Shown piece by piece: positions 36,383 through 40,623 of a stretch of DNA of 40,623 nt. The notes below the pieces were generated by a model. That model saw nothing but the letters and a program-made list of their open reading frames with translations. It did no database searches and was not told where the DNA came from. Source of the stretch: Rhodospirillales bacterium (GTDB lineage Bacteria > Pseudomonadota > Alphaproteobacteria > Acetobacterales > Acetobacteraceae). A program made the translations under genes and the position numbers. The stretch lies in the NCBI GenBank assembly GCA_043788425.1, contig JAYVTX010000149.1:1-40623 (forward strand), given 5' to 3'. Position 1 is the stretch's first letter. Every line of letters begins with the position of its first letter.

Positions 36383-37173
36383 GGCGGGGCCTGAATTCCT
36401 GGCTTATCCTGGGCTATGCGTTTTTATACGTGCCGGTGATCTTGCTGGTTGCCACCAGCTTTAACCCATCGCGGCTGACGACAGTGCTGACCGGATTTAG
36501 CTGGCGCTGGTACGCGGCGCTGTGGGCAAACGACAAGCTGATTGGTGCGGCGTGGCTAAGTTTGCGCATCGCGGCGCTGTCTGCAACGGGAGCGGCTGTC
36601 CTCGGCACGTTGGCCGGGCTGGCGCTGGCGCGGTTTGGCGCGTTTGCCGGGCGGGGCGTATTTGGCGGCCTGATCGCCGCGCGCCTGGTACTGCCGGACG
36701 TGCTGGTCGGATTGTCGTTGCTGTTGCTGTTCGTGCAGCTGGAAGAATGGGTCGGCTGGCCCGCCGGGCGTGGCGCGCTGACGATCACGCTGGCCCATAT
36801 CTCCGTAAGTCTGGCGTATGTGGCCGTCGTAATCGAGGCGCGACTGGCTGACGCCGGAACGGAGCTGGAGCAGGCGGCCATGGACCTAGGCGCGTCGCCT
36901 TGGAAAGCGTTTTGGTTCGTGACGGCACCGCTGCTGGCCCCCGCGATCGTGTCGGGTTGGCTGCTGGCGTTCACGCTGTCGCTGGACGATCTGGTGGTGG
37001 CGACATTCGTGTCGGGCCCGGGCGCGAGTACGCTGCCGATGGTGGTGTTTTCGGCGTTACGGCTGGGGGTCACGCCGGAGTTGAATGCTTTGGCGACCGT
37101 TATTTTGGGTGTCGTGACGGTGGCGTTGGGTGGGGCGTGGGTTTTGCAGCGGCGTGGCCGGGTCACGCTGTAA
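36379..37173 (+). CDS. potI: polyamine ABC transporter permease (PotC/PotI-like)
   Basis: ATG at 36379 overlaps the potH TGA (ATGA). MRRGLNSWLILGYAFLYVPVILLV N-terminus and the EAA loop LEQAAMDLGASPWKAFWFVTAPLL. Confidence 0.9.
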   Translation: MRRGLNSWLILGYAFLYVPVILLVATSFNPSRLTTVLTGFSWRWYAALWANDKLIGAAWLSLRIAALSATGAAVLGTLAGLALARFGAFAGRGVFGGLIAARLVLPDVLVGLSLLLLFVQLEEWVGWPAGRGALTITLAHISVSLAYVAVVIEARLADAGTELEQAAMDLGASPWKAFWFVTAPLLAPAIVSGWLLAFTLSLDDLVVATFVSGPGASTLPMVVFSALRLGVTPELNALATVILGVVTVALGGAWVLQRRGRVTL

Positions 37174-37230
37174 CCCGCGATCGTCAGCCCGCATCCCCAC
37201 AAACTGCTTGTAAACAGGGCTTCTCGGCGA

Positions 37231-37257
37231 CTATATGGCGCTATAGCTATGTAGCTA
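37231..37257. promoter_or_regulatory. candidate autoregulatory operator/promoter of the toxin-antitoxin pair
   Basis: CTATA-TGGCGC-TATAG inverted repeat (37231-37246), overlapping two copies of the self-complementary hexamer TAGCTA (37244-37249 and 37252-37257, 8-bp period). It sits immediately upstream of the AGGA RBS and the ATG at 37269. Confidence 0.3.
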
Positions 37258-37268
37258 GGACAGACTCA

Positions 37269-37504
37269 ATGCGTGTCACAACCGTCGACGCCAAGAACAA
37301 TTTGAGTGCCCTGATCGAAGAGGTTTCACGGGGGGTCGAGGTTACGATTACGCGACGTGGCATTCCCGTAGCCAAGCTGGTTTCCGCAACGCCGTCTTTT
37401 GATAAGGTCAAAGCGCGACAGAACGCAGATGGCCTGCTGGACGCAAGTCGCGGAGCCAGACTCGGAGGCGTGACGATCAAGGAGCTTGTTGAGGACGGGC
37501 GAGA

Positions 37505-37508
<4 letters not shown>
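37269..37508 (+). CDS. type II antitoxin, Phd/YefM family
   Basis: 79 aa. MRVTTVDAKNNLSALIEEVSRGVEVTITRRGIPVAKLVS is the typical Phd/YefM N-terminal fold. The stop overlaps the toxin start (TTGA). Confidence 0.8.
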
Positions 37509-39201
<1,693 letters not shown>

Positions 39202-39242
39202 CTTGATTAAGGTAAGACCAAGGGCTCTGCCCCTGGACCCCG

Positions 39243-39261
39243 GCAAAGGCAGTACCTTTGC
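39243..39261. repeat. perfect 7-bp hairpin in the inter-aminotransferase spacer
   Basis: GCAAAGG, loop cagta, CCTTTGC, 42 nt after the stop at 39201. No U-tract. Confidence 0.4.
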
Positions 39262-39310
39262 AATCCTTCATTGGGTTTACTCGCGTTATGGGTGGTCCAA
39301 TGGACGGGGT

Positions 39311-39329
39311 TTGGGGCCCGCGGCCCCAA
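39311..39329. repeat. perfect 8-bp GC hairpin (REP-like palindrome) in the spacer
   Basis: TTGGGGCC, loop cgc, GGCCCCAA, flanked by G-runs (ggacgggg and tggggtggggggg). Confidence 0.4.
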
Positions 39330-39362
39330 TGGGGTGGGGGGGCAAGCCCCTCGCCTTCGCTG

Positions 39363-40565
39363 ATGCCTGACCTCGCCGACCGCCTCAGCCGCGCCCCCCC
39401 GGCGGCCACAGTCGCGATGACGATCAAGGCCAGGGCGTTGCGGGCGCAGGGGGTACCGGTGATCGCGCTGACGATCGGCGAGCCGGATTTCGACAGCCCA
39501 GCCCATGCGATCGAGGCAGCGCATCAGGCGGCGCTGATTGGGGATACAAAGTACCCGCCGCAAGACGGCACCCCCGCGCTAAAGGCCGCGATCCAACGAA
39601 AGCTGTTGCGCGATAACGGGATCGACTACCGGCTGGACCAGATCATGGTCAGTAACGGTGGAAAGGGTGTGTTGTTCAACGCGCTGATGGCAACGCTGAA
39701 CGATGGGGATGAGGTGATTATCCCAGCCCCGTATTGGGGTGCCTACCCGCTTATGACCGGCGTGGTCGGCGGCGTACCGGTAATTGTGAACTGCCCGCAA
39801 AATAATGGCTTCAAGCTGCGGGCCGAGGATTTGGCAGCCGCGATCACGCCGCGGACCAAGTGGCTGATCCTGAACAGTCCCAATAATCCGACCGGTGCCG
39901 CGCTTTCGGTAGACGAGTTACGGGAACTGGCGGCCGTGCTGTTGGGCCATCCGCACGTGTGGGTCATGGCCGATGACATGTATGAGCATTTGGTGTTCGA
40001 CGGGGGCCCGCATGCGACGATGGCGGCTGTCGAGCCCCGGTTGGCCGACCGGGTCCTGACCGTTAGCGGCGTTTCCAAAACTTACGCCATGACCGGCTGG
40101 CGTATCGGCTGGGCAGCCGGTCCGGCGCCGTTGATTGCGGCGATGGTCAATATGCAGGGCCAGGTTGCGGCCGGCGTTTCCACTGTTGGGCAGGCGGCGG
40201 CCACGGCGGCGCTAAATGGCCCGCAGGAGGCAGTGGGCGTTATGGCCGCCGCCTATCGTCGCCGGCGCGATCTCGTTGTCGATGCGCTGAACCAGGCACC
40301 AGGCATCCAGTGCCATCGGCCAGAGGGGGCGTTTTACGTCTATCCCAACGTGGCCGGGTGTTTGGGCCGGGTGACAGCGGCCGGCACGACGCTTCATACA
40401 GATGAGGATTTCGCGCTGGCGCTGCTGGCAGAGCAGCACGTGGCGGTCGTGCATGGCCGTGCGTTTGGGATGAGCCCGTATGTGCGGATCAGCTACGCGT
40501 CGGATGATGCATCGTTGGTGGAAGCGTGCGCGCGCATACAGGCGTTTTGCCGGGCATTGCGGTAA
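39363..40565 (+). CDS. pyridoxal-phosphate-dependent aminotransferase, paralog of the upstream aspartate aminotransferase
   Basis: The ATG at 39363 gives 400 aa, MPDLADRLSRAPPAATVAMTIKARALRAQGVPVIALTIGEPDFDSP. It is collinear with the upstream gene at about half of positions by eye. NSPNNPTG and [12 protein letters not shown] motifs are retained. Confidence 0.88.
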   Translation: MPDLADRLSRAPPAATVAMTIKARALRAQGVPVIALTIGEPDFDSPAHAIEAAHQAALIGDTKYPPQDGTPALKAAIQRKLLRDNGIDYRLDQIMVSNGGKGVLFNALMATLNDGDEVIIPAPYWGAYPLMTGVVGGVPVIVNCPQNNGFKLRAEDLAAAITPRTKWLILNSPNNPTGAALSVDELRELAAVLLGHPHVWVMADDMYEHLVFDGGPHATMAAVEPRLADRVLTVSGVSKTYAMTGWRIGWAAGPAPLIAAMVNMQGQVAAGVSTVGQAAATAALNGPQEAVGVMAAAYRRRRDLVVDALNQAPGIQCHRPEGAFYVYPNVAGCLGRVTAAGTTLHTDEDFALALLAEQHVAVVHGRAFGMSPYVRISYASDDASLVEACARIQAFCRALR

Positions 40566-40623
40566 GGATCGCGCGACGGTCCAGCCCGGCCCAATAGGAC
40601 TGGGTACAAACCTGGACCGCGCA

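Noticed and set aside
40577-40619. 8-bp stem CGGTCCAG / CTGGACCG with a 27-nt structured loop just after the last aminotransferase stop.
   Set aside because: The window ends at 40623, so a U-tract and the surrounding context cannot be assessed. The long loop makes a simple terminator doubtful.

Overview
This is a high-GC (roughly mid-60s %) chromosomal segment with alphaproteobacterial gene content and order, including an F1-only atpHAGDC operon. That assignment is inferred from the sequence, not from a search. About 38 protein genes are supportable. The core genes are mutS and glnD (overlapping, minus strand), priA, atpHAGDC, a five-gene Dpp/Opp-type ABC importer, a potFGHI-like polyamine importer and two tandem aspartate aminotransferase paralogs. 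Small accessory units sit between them:
- a YidB/GlsB stress-protein pair and an orphan 213-aa protein
- MgtC downstream of a DUF484 gene
- a NIDO-domain PEP-CTERM secreted protein and a lone allophanate hydrolase, wedged between priA and atpH
- a di-iron ferritin-like protein
- a tandem TetR-TetR-DUF2852 unit divergent from an EmrA-EmrB-NodT tripartite efflux pump
- a Uma2 endonuclease
- a Phd/YefM-VapC toxin-antitoxin pair

I found no tRNA, rRNA, CRISPR array, transposase or integrase. I also found no convincing multi-gene system of wholly unknown enzymology, such as orphan nucleases, helicases or ATPases.

The most interesting unexplained items are:
- the dual-TetR/DUF2852 regulatory unit, with a 20-bp palindrome facing the pump
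- an unlisted zinc-ribbon ORF and a mini-ORF with a near-consensus promoter downstream of glnD
- an in-frame 30-bp tandem repeat inside priA
- the PEP-CTERM gene, whose tail overlaps the end of priA
- a hairpin-dense spacer between the two aminotransferase paralogs

Every assignment comes from reading the translations by eye. No database search was run.
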